DNA of 62,398 nucleotides, filler included, from 5 parts of 5 records of this genome joined end to end with filler, not necessarily neighbours in it; one strand, 5' to 3'; shown: positions 21,087 through 30,757, counted from the whole stretch's first letter. Numbers and translations: made by a program. The notes: a model not told the origin generated them from the sequence alone.

Positions 21087-22769
21087 ATGGCAGAAGAAGA
21101 AAAATCATTAAATTTTATCGAACATATTATTGAAGACGATTTAAAAGAAGGCTTCGATAAGGAAAAACTACGTTTTCGTTTTCCTCCAGAACCAAACGGT
21201 TATTTGCATATTGGTCATGCAAGTTCTATTTGTTTAAATTTTGGACTTGGCGAAAAATACGATGCTCCTGTAAATCTTAGATTTGACGATACAAATCCAG
21301 CTAAAGAAGAGCAAGAATATGTGGATGCCATTAAGCGAGATGTAGAATGGCTAGGTTATAAATGGAGTGAAGTGCGCTATGCGTCAGATTATTTCCAACA
21401 ACTATTTGATTGGGCTGTAGAGTTTATCAAAAACGGAAAAGCCTATGTTGACAGTCAGACTTCAGAAGAAATTGCAGCTCAAAAAGGAACTCCTACTACC
21501 CCAGGAACAGATAGTCCATACAGAAATCGTTCAGTAGAAGAAAATCTTGACCTTTTTCAACGCATGAAAAATGGAGAATTTGAATCTGGAACCCACGTAT
21601 TACGTGCTAAAATAGATATGAGTTCTTCTAATATGCTTATGCGAGACCCTATAATGTATCGTATTCTTCATAAGGCTCACCACAGAACTAATACCGATTG
21701 GTGTATTTATCCAATGTACGATTGGACACATGGCGAGAGTGATTATATTGAACAAGTTTCTCATTCATTTTGTACATTAGAATTTGCTATGCACCGAGAA
21801 TTGTACAATTGGTTTTTAGAGCAAGTTAGCAATCCTAACCAAGTGCAACCTAAACAACGCGAATTTGCGAGACGAAATTTGAGTCACACTATAGTAAGCA
21901 AGCGTAAACTGCTTAGATTGGTAGAAGAAGGTATTGTAAATGGATGGGATGATCCAAGAATGCCAACAATTTCTGGCCTTAGAAGAAGAGGTTATACTCC
22001 TGAATCTATTAAGAATTTTGCCAAAACAATTGGAATTGCAAAAAGAGAAAACTTAATTGATGTTTCTTTATTAGAATTCCACGCTCGTGAAGATCTAAAT
22101 AAAAAAGCGCCACGAATAATGGCAGTTTTAGACCCTTTAAAAGTAGTTATAACCAATTATCCTGAAAATACCGATGAGTATGTAGACTCTGAAAATAATC
22201 CTGAGGATGAAGTTCTTACCTACAGAAAAGTACCTTTTTCAAGAGAAATATATATAGAAAAGGAAGATTTTAGAGAAGAAGCTAACAGAAAATTCTTCCG
22301 CTTGAAATTAGGAGGGGAAGTTCGATTAAAAAATGCCTACATCATTAAAGCTGAAAAAGCAATTAAGGATGAAGATGGTAATATAATTGAAGTTCATTGT
22401 ACTTACGACCCACTAAGTAAAAGTGGTAGTGGCACCGAAGAAAGTATGCGTAAAGTAAAAGGTACACTACACTGGGTTTCTATTAAAGATGCTAAAGAAG
22501 TAGAAGTTAGAGAATACGACCGTTTGTTTACAGAAGCAGAACCAGACAGACATGAAGGAAAAGATTTCTTAGAGTTTGTAAACCCAGATTCTTTAAGAGT
22601 TATAAAAGGATATGTAGAACCAAGTGTGGAAGAAGCCAAAATAGGCGACCATTTTCAATTCCAACGCATTGGGTATTTTAATGTTGACCCAGATTCTACC
22701 AACGAAAAATTAGTTTTTAATAAAACTGTAGGACTTCGAGACAGTTGGGCCAAGATTGATAAATCATAA
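21087..22769 (+). CDS. glnS: Glutamine--tRNA ligase
   Basis: RFPPEPNGYLHIGH (HIGH), VSKR (MSKR-type), GWDDPRMPTISG, FQFQRIGYF. Confidence 0.97.
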   Translation: MAEEEKSLNFIEHIIEDDLKEGFDKEKLRFRFPPEPNGYLHIGHASSICLNFGLGEKYDAPVNLRFDDTNPAKEEQEYVDAIKRDVEWLGYKWSEVRYASDYFQQLFDWAVEFIKNGKAYVDSQTSEEIAAQKGTPTTPGTDSPYRNRSVEENLDLFQRMKNGEFESGTHVLRAKIDMSSSNMLMRDPIMYRILHKAHHRTNTDWCIYPMYDWTHGESDYIEQVSHSFCTLEFAMHRELYNWFLEQVSNPNQVQPKQREFARRNLSHTIVSKRKLLRLVEEGIVNGWDDPRMPTISGLRRRGYTPESIKNFAKTIGIAKRENLIDVSLLEFHAREDLNKKAPRIMAVLDPLKVVITNYPENTDEYVDSENNPEDEVLTYRKVPFSREIYIEKEDFREEANRKFFRLKLGGEVRLKNAYIIKAEKAIKDEDGNIIEVHCTYDPLSKSGSGTEESMRKVKGTLHWVSIKDAKEVEVREYDRLFTEAEPDRHEGKDFLEFVNPDSLRVIKGYVEPSVEEAKIGDHFQFQRIGYFNVDPDSTNEKLVFNKTVGLRDSWAKIDKS

Positions 22770-22791
22770 AAGAATAATAAATTCTATATTT

Positions 22792-22820
22792 AAAAGCACT
22801 TTTCACAAAGTGCTTTTTTT
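22792..22820 (+). terminator. Intrinsic terminator after glnS
   Basis: AAAAGCACTTT-TCAC-AAAGTGCTTTT followed by a T run. Confidence 0.85.
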
Positions 22821-22948
22821 ATTTCTTTAACATAGAGTGTTAATAATAGGCTAATTACGACGTTTTATTCGTAAAATTCTCTCATTTTATGTATCTTAGG
22901 TACTATCAATTAACACACAACATATATTAATTCAAAAAAAATAAAACT

Positions 22949-23326
22949 ATGTCAAGCAACACAGGAAATACATTATTAGCATTATTAACAGGAGCAGCAA
23001 TTGGAGCAGGAATAGGTATTTTATATGCTCCAGAAAAAGGAGATGTTACTAGAAAAAAAATTCAGAAAAATGCTAAAAAAACTCAGAAAGAGTTAGAAAA
23101 GCAATTAAAAAAAACAACGTCTCAATTAAGCACTAAAGCGGATAAAGCTAGAGTAGATTTTGAATCTAAACTTGAAGACACTTTATCTTCTATGAGTTAC
23201 AAAGCCGATGATATTTTAGTAGCTTTAGAAGCTAAATTAGAAGAGTTAAGAGAAAAAAATGCTAAACTTCAAAAAGACGGGATTGTAAATAAAATTGAAT
23301 CGAAAGTAGCAAAAGCAACTAAATAG
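22949..23326 (+). CDS. YtxH-domain protein
   Basis: LLTGAAIGAGIGILYAPEKG..TRKKI signature followed by a coiled coil. Confidence 0.88.
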   Translation: MSSNTGNTLLALLTGAAIGAGIGILYAPEKGDVTRKKIQKNAKKTQKELEKQLKKTTSQLSTKADKARVDFESKLEDTLSSMSYKADDILVALEAKLEELREKNAKLQKDGIVNKIESKVAKATK

Positions 23327-23335
23327 ACTCCATAT

Positions 23336-23689
23336 ATGTCTTTAAACAATATTTCTGAAAACGCTGAAAATCTTCATAAAAGTGCTCAAGAATATATTGA
23401 GCATAATTACGATTACTACAGACTTAGCGCTTTTAAAAAGATAACTAAAGGAACTACTTCAATGATTATGTTTATAATCATTGGAGCTGTTCTTTTTGGA
23501 GCTATGTTATTACTAACATTTGCAATAGCCTTATTTATAGGAGCTTGGTTAGATAATTTAGGGCTCGGATTTTTAATTCTTGGAGCATTCTATATTATAA
23601 TTGCCCTCATAATTTATTATGGCTTCAGAAAAACAATCGAGAGAAAAGTATTGGTAAAAGCTTCGAAAGATTTTTTTGATGGCGATTAA
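23336..23689 (+). CDS. Two-TM membrane protein, phage-holin-like/YqjE-like
   Basis: N-terminal amphipathic helix plus two TM segments; follows the YtxH gene. Confidence 0.6.
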   Translation: MSLNNISENAENLHKSAQEYIEHNYDYYRLSAFKKITKGTTSMIMFIIIGAVLFGAMLLLTFAIALFIGAWLDNLGLGFLILGAFYIIIALIIYYGFRKTIERKVLVKASKDFFDGD

Positions 23690-23756
23690 TATTATATAAA
23701 TGAGCCTTGAAGAATTAGACCTAGCTATGAGGCATTAAAACAATAAAAGTAAACAT

Positions 23757-23960
23757 ATGAAAGTTTATACTTCATTTGAAGAAATAGATAAAGACCTAAA
23801 AGTATTACGGTTACAAAAAGATATTTCCAAGGAAGAGATAAAGCTGAATTTTGAAGGCTTAAAAGAAGACCTTGGATTTCTAAATGTAGTTGGTAGAACT
23901 GCAGGATTTATCTTAAAAAGAGCCCTAGCCTTAAAAGTTGTAAAAAAAATATTTGGCTAA
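23757..23960 (+). CDS. Small conserved protein (DUF6327-like)
   Basis: YTSFEEIDKDLKVLRLQKDI motif; third gene of the YtxH trio. Confidence 0.6.
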   Translation: MKVYTSFEEIDKDLKVLRLQKDISKEEIKLNFEGLKEDLGFLNVVGRTAGFILKRALALKVVKKIFG

Positions 23961-24000
23961 AAAATAACTTCCATGCATAGAAAATGTAGTCACTGGAAGA

Positions 24001-24039
24001 AAAAAGCGTTGTTGGAATTGAATTCCAACAACGCTTTTT
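24001..24039. terminator. Bidirectional intrinsic terminator between convergent genes
   Basis: AAAAAGCGTTGTTGGAATT-G-AATTCCAACAACGCTTTTT perfect 19-bp inverted repeat with A/T tails on both sides. Confidence 0.88.
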
Positions 24040-24069
24040 ATATTTTAATAGACTCTTGTAAACTCTGCT

Positions 24070-24267
24070 TTAATTCTTCCTGTTTTTAAGCTGAAAAAAT
24101 TTTGTTGTAAACAAGACTGCAAACCCAACCCATATAAGTCTGTATAACCAAATATTAATTTCTTGACCAATAAAAGTAGGCGATTCCATTTCACCAAAAA
24201 AACTGTAAGCAATATTTCCAATAGCTAAAATGCTTAAAAAAATGTAAATTATTTTATTGAACATCAT
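24070..24267 (-). CDS. Small two-TM hypothetical protein
   Basis: 65-aa ORF with two hydrophobic segments, 8 bp downstream of the SPFH gene. Confidence 0.65.
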   Translation of the reverse strand: MMFNKIIYIFLSILAIGNIAYSFFGEMESPTFIGQEINIWLYRLIWVGFAVLFTTKFFQLKNRKN

Positions 24268-24275
24268 GCTTTAGT

Positions 24276-25208
24276 CTACTTATTATTCTTTCCATCTTGC
24301 TCCTCTCGCTGGCGTTTCATAGCTTCTCCAATTTGATTACTTGCAGTAAACGAGGCTACCATATTGTTTAGCATATCACTCCCCGCTTGTGGAGAATTTG
24401 GAAGTAAAATTAAATTACTATTAGTTTCTTCACCTATAGATTGAAGCGTGTCATAATGTTGAGTAACCACAATTAAAGCAGAAGCTTCTTGAGAGTTAAT
24501 TCCAACTTTATTTAATACTTCAACAGACTCTTCAAGACCACGTGCTATTTCTCTTCGTTGATCTGCAATACCTTGTCCTTGTAGCCTTTTGCTTTCAGCC
24601 TCAGCCTTCGCCTTTTCAACAATAAGTATTCTAGCGGCATCTCCTTCAAACTGAGCAGCAATTTTCTCGCGCTCTGACGCATTAATTCGGTTCATAGCTG
24701 CTTTTACTTGCGCATCAGGATCAATGTCCGTTACAAGCGTTTTAATAATGTCATAACCATAATCTAGCATTGCATCTTGTAATTCTTCTTTTACAGCAAT
24801 AGCAATATCGTCTTTCTTAACAAAAACATCATCTAATTTCATCTTAGGAACTTCTGCGCGTACTACATCAAAAACATAAGATGTTATTTGTTCGTGCGGA
24901 TATTCTAATTGATAAAACGCTTCATAAATTTTATTTTTCAGCACTAAAAACTGAACTGATATTTTTAGCTTAACAAAAACATCATCCAAAGTTTTGGTTT
25001 CTACAATAACATCTAACTGCTGAATTTTTAAACTTAAACGCCCAGCAATTTTATCTACTAATGGAATTTTTAAATGAAGTCCAGAGTTTCGAATGCTATG
25101 GAATTTACCAAAACGCTCAATGGTTACGGCTGTTTGTTGTTTTACAACGAAAAAGGAACTAAAAAGAATAATAATTCCGAAGAAAAAAATAGGTATTAGA
25201 AAAATCAT
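24276..25208 (-). CDS. SPFH/band-7 domain membrane protein
   Basis: N-terminal TM, ERFGKF..PGL-like, ETKTLDDVFV, LVTDIDPD..VK.AMN.INA, KAKAEAESKRLQGQGIA. Confidence 0.92.
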   Translation of the reverse strand: MIFLIPIFFFGIIILFSSFFVVKQQTAVTIERFGKFHSIRNSGLHLKIPLVDKIAGRLSLKIQQLDVIVETKTLDDVFVKLKISVQFLVLKNKIYEAFYQLEYPHEQITSYVFDVVRAEVPKMKLDDVFVKKDDIAIAVKEELQDAMLDYGYDIIKTLVTDIDPDAQVKAAMNRINASEREKIAAQFEGDAARILIVEKAKAEAESKRLQGQGIADQRREIARGLEESVEVLNKVGINSQEASALIVVTQHYDTLQSIGEETNSNLILLPNSPQAGSDMLNNMVASFTASNQIGEAMKRQREEQDGKNNK

Positions 25209-25324
25209 AATTATAAATATTTGTAAATGATTGACGTTGGTAAATTACGAATAATTAAAGAATTGTAAATAAAATATTAGAAAATAATTGATATCTAATA
25301 AAGGATACACATTATTGAAAAAAC

Positions 25325-25357
25325 AAACCCCGAAGTTGTTATACAACTTCGGGGTTT
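25325..25357 (-). terminator. Intrinsic terminator after gltX
   Basis: AAACCCCGAAGTTGT-TAT-ACAACTTCGGGGTTT, followed by a U run on the minus strand. Confidence 0.85.
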
Positions 25358-25379
25358 AGTATGGTTAAAAAAGAAGTAA

Positions 25380-26912
25380 TTATCCTAAAACTTCAACAGC
25401 TTTTTGGAGTCGGTTTACGGTTTCTTCTTTTCCAATAAGTTCTATAATATCAAAAACATGAGGTCCTTTCATTTCTCCAACCAAGGCTAAACGCAAGGGT
25501 GGCATTACTTGTCCGAAGCCAAGTTCTTTGTCGGAAATCCATTGTTTTACTACTGCCTCTATATTTTTAGAAGAAAATTCGCCTATTTCATTAATCACAG
25601 GAACGAGTTCATTTATATACTCATTAGTATTTTCTTTCCATTGCTTTTTACTAGCTTTAGCGTCATAAGTAGATGGAGCAGTAAAGAAAAAGCTACTCAA
25701 TTCCCAAAATTCAGAAACAAAACTAGCACGTTCTTTTATAAGTGAAACTACTTTTTCTACATAATCCACTTCCACATTAATTCCTTGAGCTACCAGCATT
25801 GGCATATACCGTGCAGCCAATTCCTTATCTTCTTTTTGTTGAAGATATTGGTGATTATACCATTTGGTTTTATCAGGATCAAAACGAGCTCCAGCTTTAT
25901 GTACTTTTTCTAATTCGAAGGCATTAATTAATTCATCTAAATTAAAAATCTCTTGTTCAGTCCCTGGATTCCATCCTAAAAACGCTAAGAAATTAATCAC
26001 TGCATCATTAAAATATCCATCTTCTTTGTATCCACGTGAAACATCTCCTGTTGTAGGATCTTTCCATTCTAAAGGAAAAACAGGGAATCCTAATTTATCA
26101 CCATCCCGTTTACTTAATTTTCCTTTTCCTGTTGGTTTTAAAATAAGTGGTAAATGTGCAAATTCAGGAGCTTGCCATTCAAAAGCACGATAAAGCAGCA
26201 CATGTAATGCCATTGAAGGAAGCCATTCTTCACCACGAATAACATGGGTAATTTCCATTAAATGGTCGTCTACAATATTTGCTAAATGATAGGTTGGCAT
26301 TCCATCGCTTTTAAACAACACCTTATCATCTAAAATATTAGTGTCAATTTCAATAGCTCCGCGGATAATATCTTTTAAATGAAGTTTTTCATCTTGAGGA
26401 GATTTAAAACGAATAACATAATCTTCTCCAGCATTTATCTTTTTCTGAACTTCTTCAGTAGAAAGCGATAAAGAATTTTTTAATTTTAAACGATTGTGCC
26501 AATTATAAATAAAGGTTTTCCCTTTTTCTTCATGGTCTTTGCGGTGCTCATCTAATTCCTCGGCTGTATCAAAAGCATAATATGCCCAACCATTATTAAT
26601 TAATGTATCAGCATAGTTTTTGTATAAATCCTTACGTTCACTTTGACGAAAAGGACCGTATTTTTTTTGTATTTCTTCGGAAGAACTGGGTCCTTGATCA
26701 TAAGGAATATTCAACCATTTTAAAGCAGCTACGATATATTCTTCAGCACCTTCTACATATCTATTTTGGTCGGTATCTTCAATACGTAAAAGAAAATCTC
26801 CTCCATGTTTTTTTGCAAATAAATAGTTAAATAAAGCAGTTCTAACTCCACCAATATGTAGTGGACCTGTTGGACTAGGCGCAAAACGCACACGTACTTT
26901 TGTACTCATCAT
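25380..26912 (-). CDS. gltX: Glutamate--tRNA ligase
   Basis: RVRFAPSPTGPLHIGG, LRIEDTD, ITHVIRGEEW, KLSKR. Confidence 0.97.
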   Translation of the reverse strand: MMSTKVRVRFAPSPTGPLHIGGVRTALFNYLFAKKHGGDFLLRIEDTDQNRYVEGAEEYIVAALKWLNIPYDQGPSSSEEIQKKYGPFRQSERKDLYKNYADTLINNGWAYYAFDTAEELDEHRKDHEEKGKTFIYNWHNRLKLKNSLSLSTEEVQKKINAGEDYVIRFKSPQDEKLHLKDIIRGAIEIDTNILDDKVLFKSDGMPTYHLANIVDDHLMEITHVIRGEEWLPSMALHVLLYRAFEWQAPEFAHLPLILKPTGKGKLSKRDGDKLGFPVFPLEWKDPTTGDVSRGYKEDGYFNDAVINFLAFLGWNPGTEQEIFNLDELINAFELEKVHKAGARFDPDKTKWYNHQYLQQKEDKELAARYMPMLVAQGINVEVDYVEKVVSLIKERASFVSEFWELSSFFFTAPSTYDAKASKKQWKENTNEYINELVPVINEIGEFSSKNIEAVVKQWISDKELGFGQVMPPLRLALVGEMKGPHVFDIIELIGKEETVNRLQKAVEVLG

Positions 26913-26924
26913 TTAAATTTTTGG

Positions 26925-26932
26925 CAAAGATA
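26925..26932 (-). promoter_or_regulatory. Bacteroidetes -7 promoter element upstream of gltX
   Basis: TATCTTTG on the minus strand matches TAnnTTTG. Confidence 0.6.
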
Positions 26933-27082
26933 CTTTATTTGGATTGAGTTACGAAGTTATGGATAGGAAGTTAAAAAGGAAAATAGCTAAAAGAACAATT
27001 TTGGTATAAATTTTATGTGTAATCAAAAAATGAATTGATTACACGCTACTTAAAAGAAGTTAATAAAATAAATATAGCCAGC

Positions 27083-27955
27083 TTATTTAGCAATTCTATG
27101 ATAGATTTTAAGAACAACTTGAAACACAAAAAATGCAATAAACCCTACAACCAAACCAGCAAGAAAATCCTTTAACATACTTGGCATCCATGGAAATAGA
27201 TGATGCATAAATTCAATATGATTAAAAATTCCTCCCGCAACCAACAACAAAGCAATAGTTCCAATAACACTTAAAGCCTGAATAACTTTAGGTAAGGCAT
27301 TTACTAATAACTGACCAATTTTATGCAAAAAACTTTTCTCACTTTTACTTTTAGCAATTAGTTTATAGCCTGCTTCATCCATTCTTACAATGAGCGCTAC
27401 AATTCCGTAAACTCCTACAGTTGCAATAAGCGCAATAATACTAACTACAATAATTTGATTCCATATTTCTTGACCAACAACGGTTCCGAGCGCTATAATT
27501 ACAATTTCCACAGAAAGAATAAAATCGGTTATAATGGCCGATTTAATACGTTCTTTTTCGATTGCTAAAATTTCTTCTTTTGTTTGCACTTCTTTTAATT
27601 CTTCAGCTTTAGAATTATGGTGTGGTACAAAAAAATGATATATTTTTTCGGCACCCTCAAAGGCTAAGTATATCCCTCCTATTATTAAAATAATATTAAT
27701 AGCCCATGGTAAAAAAGCACTTAAAAGAAAAGCAACCGGGAGAATAATCAATTTATTAATTAAAGATCCTTTAGAAATTGCCCATAATACAGGAATTTCT
27801 CTAGATGAAGCAAAACCAGAGGCTTTTTCGGCATTAACAGCTAAATCGTCTCCTAAAATTCCAGCTGTTTTTTTTGCAGCTACTTTGCTCATTGCAGCTA
27901 CATCATCCATAAGCGTAGCAATATCGTCTAGAATTGCAAAAATCCCTGAAGCCAT
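27083..27955 (-). CDS. DUF808 (YedI-like) inner-membrane protein
   Basis: MASG.FA.LDDIA..MDDVA, KKTAG.LGDDLA.NAE, TDFILS.EI; start placed at MASG (27955). Confidence 0.88.
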   Translation of the reverse strand: MASGIFAILDDIATLMDDVAAMSKVAAKKTAGILGDDLAVNAEKASGFASSREIPVLWAISKGSLINKLIILPVAFLLSAFLPWAINIILIIGGIYLAFEGAEKIYHFFVPHHNSKAEELKEVQTKEEILAIEKERIKSAIITDFILSVEIVIIALGTVVGQEIWNQIIVVSIIALIATVGVYGIVALIVRMDEAGYKLIAKSKSEKSFLHKIGQLLVNALPKVIQALSVIGTIALLLVAGGIFNHIEFMHHLFPWMPSMLKDFLAGLVVGFIAFFVFQVVLKIYHRIAK

Positions 27956-28131
27956 ATTTTGTATAATTAAAATTCTGTATAAAAATAGCAGAATATTTAT
28001 ATGAAAACCAAACATGTACAGCGATTTAATATAAAAACGTGAGTTCGATATAAATCTAAATATAGAATAGGATTAACTATTTTCTTTTCAATTACTTAAA
28101 TCTAATTTCATTTTTGTCTTGACACAAAAAC

Positions 28132-28231
28132 NNNNNNNNNNNNNNNNNNNNNNNNNNNNNNNNNNNNNNNNNNNNTTAATTAATTAANNNNNNNNNNNNN
28201 NNNNNNNNNNNNNNNNNNNNNNNNNNNNNNN
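28132..28231. other. Artificial contig linker
   Basis: 44 N + TTAATTAATTAA (stops in all six frames) + 44 N; abrupt AT-rich to GC-rich change. Confidence 0.98.
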
Positions 28232-28448
28232 AAACCCAAGTGGGTGTTGAACGTTTTTGCCCACTCCGGTGATTGCCGACATTCGCCGCATCACAGAAAA
28301 TCAGCAAAATGGGCTCAAACAGGCATTCGCTGTGCGGCGCACGAACGTTCGTTTTTGGGCTTTTGGGCCAGTTGATGATGTGGCGGTCAAAATCGTCTGG
28401 TGTTGGACACTTCGCCGTCCGCTAACGTTACGGCAGCCGCGCTGCGAT

Positions 28449-28462
28449 TTGTCCCAGATCAA
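28449..28462. promoter_or_regulatory. Possible FnrL/FNR-type box upstream of hemF
   Basis: TTGTC-CCAG-ATCAA versus consensus TTGAT-N4-ATCAA (right half perfect, left half has two mismatches). Confidence 0.35.
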
Positions 28463-28548
28463 GGAATTTCAGCAATGCCCCCGCTACCCGCGACCCCACG
28501 TGAACGCCGATAGGCGATAGGCCCCCGCCAATCAGACAGGACAGTGAC

Positions 28549-29442
28549 ATGACCCAAGACCTCGCCCCACAAAAAACCCGCGCCGCTGACTGGTTCCGCG
28601 AATTGCGTGACCAGATCGTTGCGACCTTTGAAACGCTCGAAGACAGCCACACCAGTGGCCCGCTGTCCGACATGGCCCCCGGCCGGTTCGAGGTGACAAC
28701 AACCAAGCGTGCCTCTGACGACGGGTCGGATGCAGGCGGCGGCCTGATGAGTGTCATGCGTGGTGGGCGGGTGTTTGAAAAGGTCGGCGTCAATGTCTCG
28801 ACCGTCCATGGTACCCTAGCGCCCCGCGCGCAGGCGGCCATGGCGGCACGCAAGGGCATTCCCGGAATGGAGGCTGATCCCCGGTTCTGGGCCAGCGGCA
28901 TTTCCCTGGTGGCGCATATGCAGAACCCCCACGCCCCGGCCGTGCACATGAACACCCGGATGTTCTGGACCCCGCACGCCTGGTGGTTCGGCGGTGGTTC
29001 CGATCTCAATCCATGCATAGAATACGCCGAGGATACCGCCCATTTCCACGCCACCCAGCAGGGCCGCCTTGATCCGCACGGCACCGGCCACTATCCGCGA
29101 TTCAAGGCATGGGCTGACGAATATTTCTACATCCCGCACCGCAACCGCGCCCGGGGTGTCGGCGGCATATTTATGGACGATTACTGCACCGGTGATTGGG
29201 ATGCCGACTTTGCCCTGACACAGGACATTGGTCGCGCCTTCCTTCCGGCCTTTGTGCCGCTGATTGAAAAACGCCGCGCCGCCCCCTGGGACGGTGCAGA
29301 CAAGGATACCCAGCTCATTCATCGCGGGCTTTATGCGGAATACAACCTTGTCTATGATCGCGGCACCAAGTTCGGGCTGGAAACCGGCCATGACGCCAAT
29401 GCCGTGTTGATGAGCCTGCCGCCCCTGGCCAAGTGGGTCTGA
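28549..29442 (+). CDS. hemF: Oxygen-dependent coproporphyrinogen-III oxidase
   Basis: VFEKVGVNVS, NPHAPAVHMNTR, WWFGGGSDL, RGVGGIF, EYNLVYDRGTKFGL. Confidence 0.96.
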   Translation: MTQDLAPQKTRAADWFRELRDQIVATFETLEDSHTSGPLSDMAPGRFEVTTTKRASDDGSDAGGGLMSVMRGGRVFEKVGVNVSTVHGTLAPRAQAAMAARKGIPGMEADPRFWASGISLVAHMQNPHAPAVHMNTRMFWTPHAWWFGGGSDLNPCIEYAEDTAHFHATQQGRLDPHGTGHYPRFKAWADEYFYIPHRNRARGVGGIFMDDYCTGDWDADFALTQDIGRAFLPAFVPLIEKRRAAPWDGADKDTQLIHRGLYAEYNLVYDRGTKFGLETGHDANAVLMSLPPLAKWV

Positions 29443-29620
29443 GTCCTGCTTGCCGCGCGTGCCCCGGGGCGCAAAAGCTTTATGCCGCCGGCGGGGATAT
29501 TGAAGGTTCGAAAAAGTCAGGGTCGCCCCCAGCGTTTGTGACTCCAAAATACCCTCATCGGCCCGGTCGCAGGCCGGGTGGGGCAGACGGCCCCCTCTGA
29601 CCGCGCGGCGGGCGCTTTGA

Positions 29621-29672
29621 CCATATAGACAGCCATACGGAAACCATACGCTTTCCATACGCGGGCCATACG
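29621..29672. repeat. Five helically phased CCATA(C/T) direct repeats
   Basis: CCATA starts at 29621, 29633, 29644, 29655, 29666 (spacing 12, 11, 11, 11); the last four read CCATACG. Confidence 0.8.
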
Positions 29673-29675
29673 GCG

Positions 29676-30251
29676 TTACATCGCCCCGTCAATCCAGGTG
29701 CCGGGGGCGATTCCGTCCAGCGACCAGGCCCCAACGGACCAGCGCACCAGCCGCAGACAGGGCAGCCCCGTATGCGCCGTCATGCGCCGTACCTGCCGGT
29801 TGCGCCCTTCGGAAATCGTGATGCGCAGCCATCCGTCCGGCACCGTTTTGCGAAATCGGACCGGCGGGTCGCGGGGCCACAGATCGGGGTCGTCGATTCG
29901 CGCCACACGCGCGGGCCGGGTTGGCCCGTCCTTTAACGTGACACCCCTGCGCAGGTCGGCAATCTGGGTGTCCGTAGGCACGCCTTCGACCTGCACCAGA
30001 TAGGTTTTTTCCAGCTTGAATTTCGGGTTGGCGATTCGGGCCTGCAGCGCGCCGTCGTCGGTCAAAACCAATAGGCCCTCGCTGTCGCGATCCAACCGGC
30101 CCGCTGGATAAACCTTTGGCACATCGACAAAATCCGACAGGGTGGCACGTTTGCTTCCCTCGGTCCCCTTGTCGGTGAACTGTGACAGCACGCCATAGGG
30201 TTTATTGAGAAGGATCACCCGGCCCGTGCCTTGGCTGGCATCCCTATTCAT
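29676..30251 (-). CDS. rluE: rRNA pseudouridine synthase, RluE-like (no S4 domain)
   Basis: [39 protein letters not shown]; start at MNRDAS, overlapping the tadA stop. Confidence 0.85.
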   Translation of the reverse strand: MNRDASQGTGRVILLNKPYGVLSQFTDKGTEGSKRATLSDFVDVPKVYPAGRLDRDSEGLLVLTDDGALQARIANPKFKLEKTYLVQVEGVPTDTQIADLRRGVTLKDGPTRPARVARIDDPDLWPRDPPVRFRKTVPDGWLRITISEGRNRQVRRMTAHTGLPCLRLVRWSVGAWSLDGIAPGTWIDGAM

Positions 30252-30702
30252 CGCCACGCCGCTCCTCAAAGAATTGGCGCAGCAGCGCCTCGGACGCCTC
30301 TGCGCCGATACCGTCATAAACTTCGGGGACATGATGGCATTGTGGGTGGCTGAACACCCGTGCGCCATGCGCCACACCGCCCGATTTCGGGTCTGACGCC
30401 CCATAATACAGGCGTCGGATCCGCGCCGCCGCAATGGCCCCGGCACACATCGCGCAGGGTTCCAGTGTCACATACAGGTCGTGATCGATCAGTCGTTCCA
30501 CCCCCAATGCTGCACAGGCCGCGCGGATTGCCACAATTTCGGCATGGGCGGTGGGATCATGGCCCAACCGCGTCAGGTTGCCCCCCGTCGCGACCACACG
30601 CCCCACCGAATCGACAACCACGGCCCCCACCGGTACCTCGCCGCGTGCGCCGGCGGCGCGCGCCTCGGTCAGGGCGGCCCCCATCTGGCTGGTAAACGTC
30701 AT
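30244..30702 (-). CDS. tadA: tRNA adenosine deaminase
   Basis: [23 protein letters not shown]. Confidence 0.9.
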   Translation of the reverse strand: MTFTSQMGAALTEARAAGARGEVPVGAVVVDSVGRVVATGGNLTRLGHDPTAHAEIVAIRAACAALGVERLIDHDLYVTLEPCAMCAGAIAAARIRRLYYGASDPKSGGVAHGARVFSHPQCHHVPEVYDGIGAEASEALLRQFFEERRGDE

Positions 30703-30757
30703 TGATCATCCCTTGCGCAGCGGCGCTCTTTCCCAAGGACGCAATATAGGCTAGCGG

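Noticed and set aside
23336-23689. Holin-like gene as prophage evidence
   Set aside because: No other phage genes; housekeeping context between glnS and gltX
21087-26912. glnS and gltX proximity as something unusual
   Set aside because: Both are intact housekeeping synthetases with their own promoters and terminators
28176-28187. TTAATTAATTAA repeated four times as a biological repeat or binding site
   Set aside because: Always centred in 44+44 Ns; it is a synthetic six-frame stop linker
29621-29672. Mini-CRISPR reading of the CCATAC array
   Set aside because: Units are 11-12 bp and there are no cas genes
30252-30446. N-terminal extension of rluE
   Set aside because: Lies inside tadA in another frame; the real start is probably 30251
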